Shown in pieces: positions 63,334 through 64,000 of a DNA stretch of 64,000 nucleotides. The stretch covers positions 28,520,001 to 28,584,000 of the forward strand of contig OZ116706.1 of the NCBI GenBank assembly GCA_964199315.1, given 5' to 3'. Each line of letters opens with the position of its first letter. The first letter of the stretch is position 1. The notes under the pieces are model-generated. The model saw only the letters and a list, made by a program, of their open reading frames with translations. It was not told the DNA's origin and searched no databases. The position numbers and the translations under genes were made by a program. The DNA comes from Orbicella franksi. Its lineage: Eukaryota.

Positions 63334-64000
63334 CGCGATCTTCGTCGGCAAAACTTCATAAACCTTTAATAAACAAGGAAAATAATTAAAGCAGCACTGG
63401 TTAAATGCGTGCTCCAACTTCAATAAATTCAGTGGTCTCCATTTCAATACATCATATTCGTATAAACAGGCTCATTACTGTTATTGTTTAGGACTGAAAA
63501 ACACAAGGCAGATATTAGACCTCACGACAAAGACCTTACCGCCAATCACACAAATATACTGAGTGAATCGAACGTAACCGTTCCGCACGAGACTACCCGA
63601 AAAGTGTTGCAACACTCGGCGCCTACGTCATCATTGAGTAAATTTATAAATAAACTTTCAGTTTTCCGTCGATCATATTACATGAGCAAAATTTTTTAAC
63701 AAAGCACTGCTGCTGAATATTTTGGAAGTAACAGAAAAAACAGGAGTCAACCGGGCAAAGTGAAGGAAAAAAACTGCGGACATCTCTTTCATTTTTCACC
63801 AAAAGGGGCTTTTTGATGTCTCTAAAAGTCTTTTTAAAAGTCTTCTGAAGTCAGTGCGAAGTCACGCCCGCGTTTTACATGTAGCAGTCTTTCGGTGTAT
63901 GATTACCCATTTACTACTTTACATCGACAATTAACTTTTTTCCTCGTCGGAATATATTTATTTTTCTTCCCTGTCTTGCGAATTAAGTGCCCTGGGATGT

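Overview
AT-rich, intron-rich eukaryotic DNA. Gene structures and repeat families suggest a cnidarian, probably a stony coral (inference). Hand-splicing gives six genes: the 5' end of CREB-binding protein (CBP/p300; minus, runs off the left edge), adenylyl cyclase 9 with nearly all its CDS in one ~3.45 kb exon (minus), UFM1 (plus, 6 exons), a complete 29-exon coronin-7 (minus, 929 aa, one GC-AG intron), a TFPT/amida-like protein carrying an HMG box (minus, 305 aa), and a type-I membrane mucin (signal peptide, possible PBP/ANF-receptor-like domain, RERR site, 21-aa repeat stalk, SEA-like domain, TM; minus). There is also a low-confidence small secreted-protein model near 23 kb, plus many SINEs, MITEs, LINE remnants and microsatellites. 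Highlights: CREBBP-ADCY9-CORO7 order and orientation matches human 16p13.3 as I recall it; the mucin receptor architecture is unusual; TFPT is fused to an HMG box (Nhp10-like); the AC9 carries forskolin-permissive residues. No CRISPR, rRNA or true tRNA genes seen. All splice models were assembled by eye without expression data.
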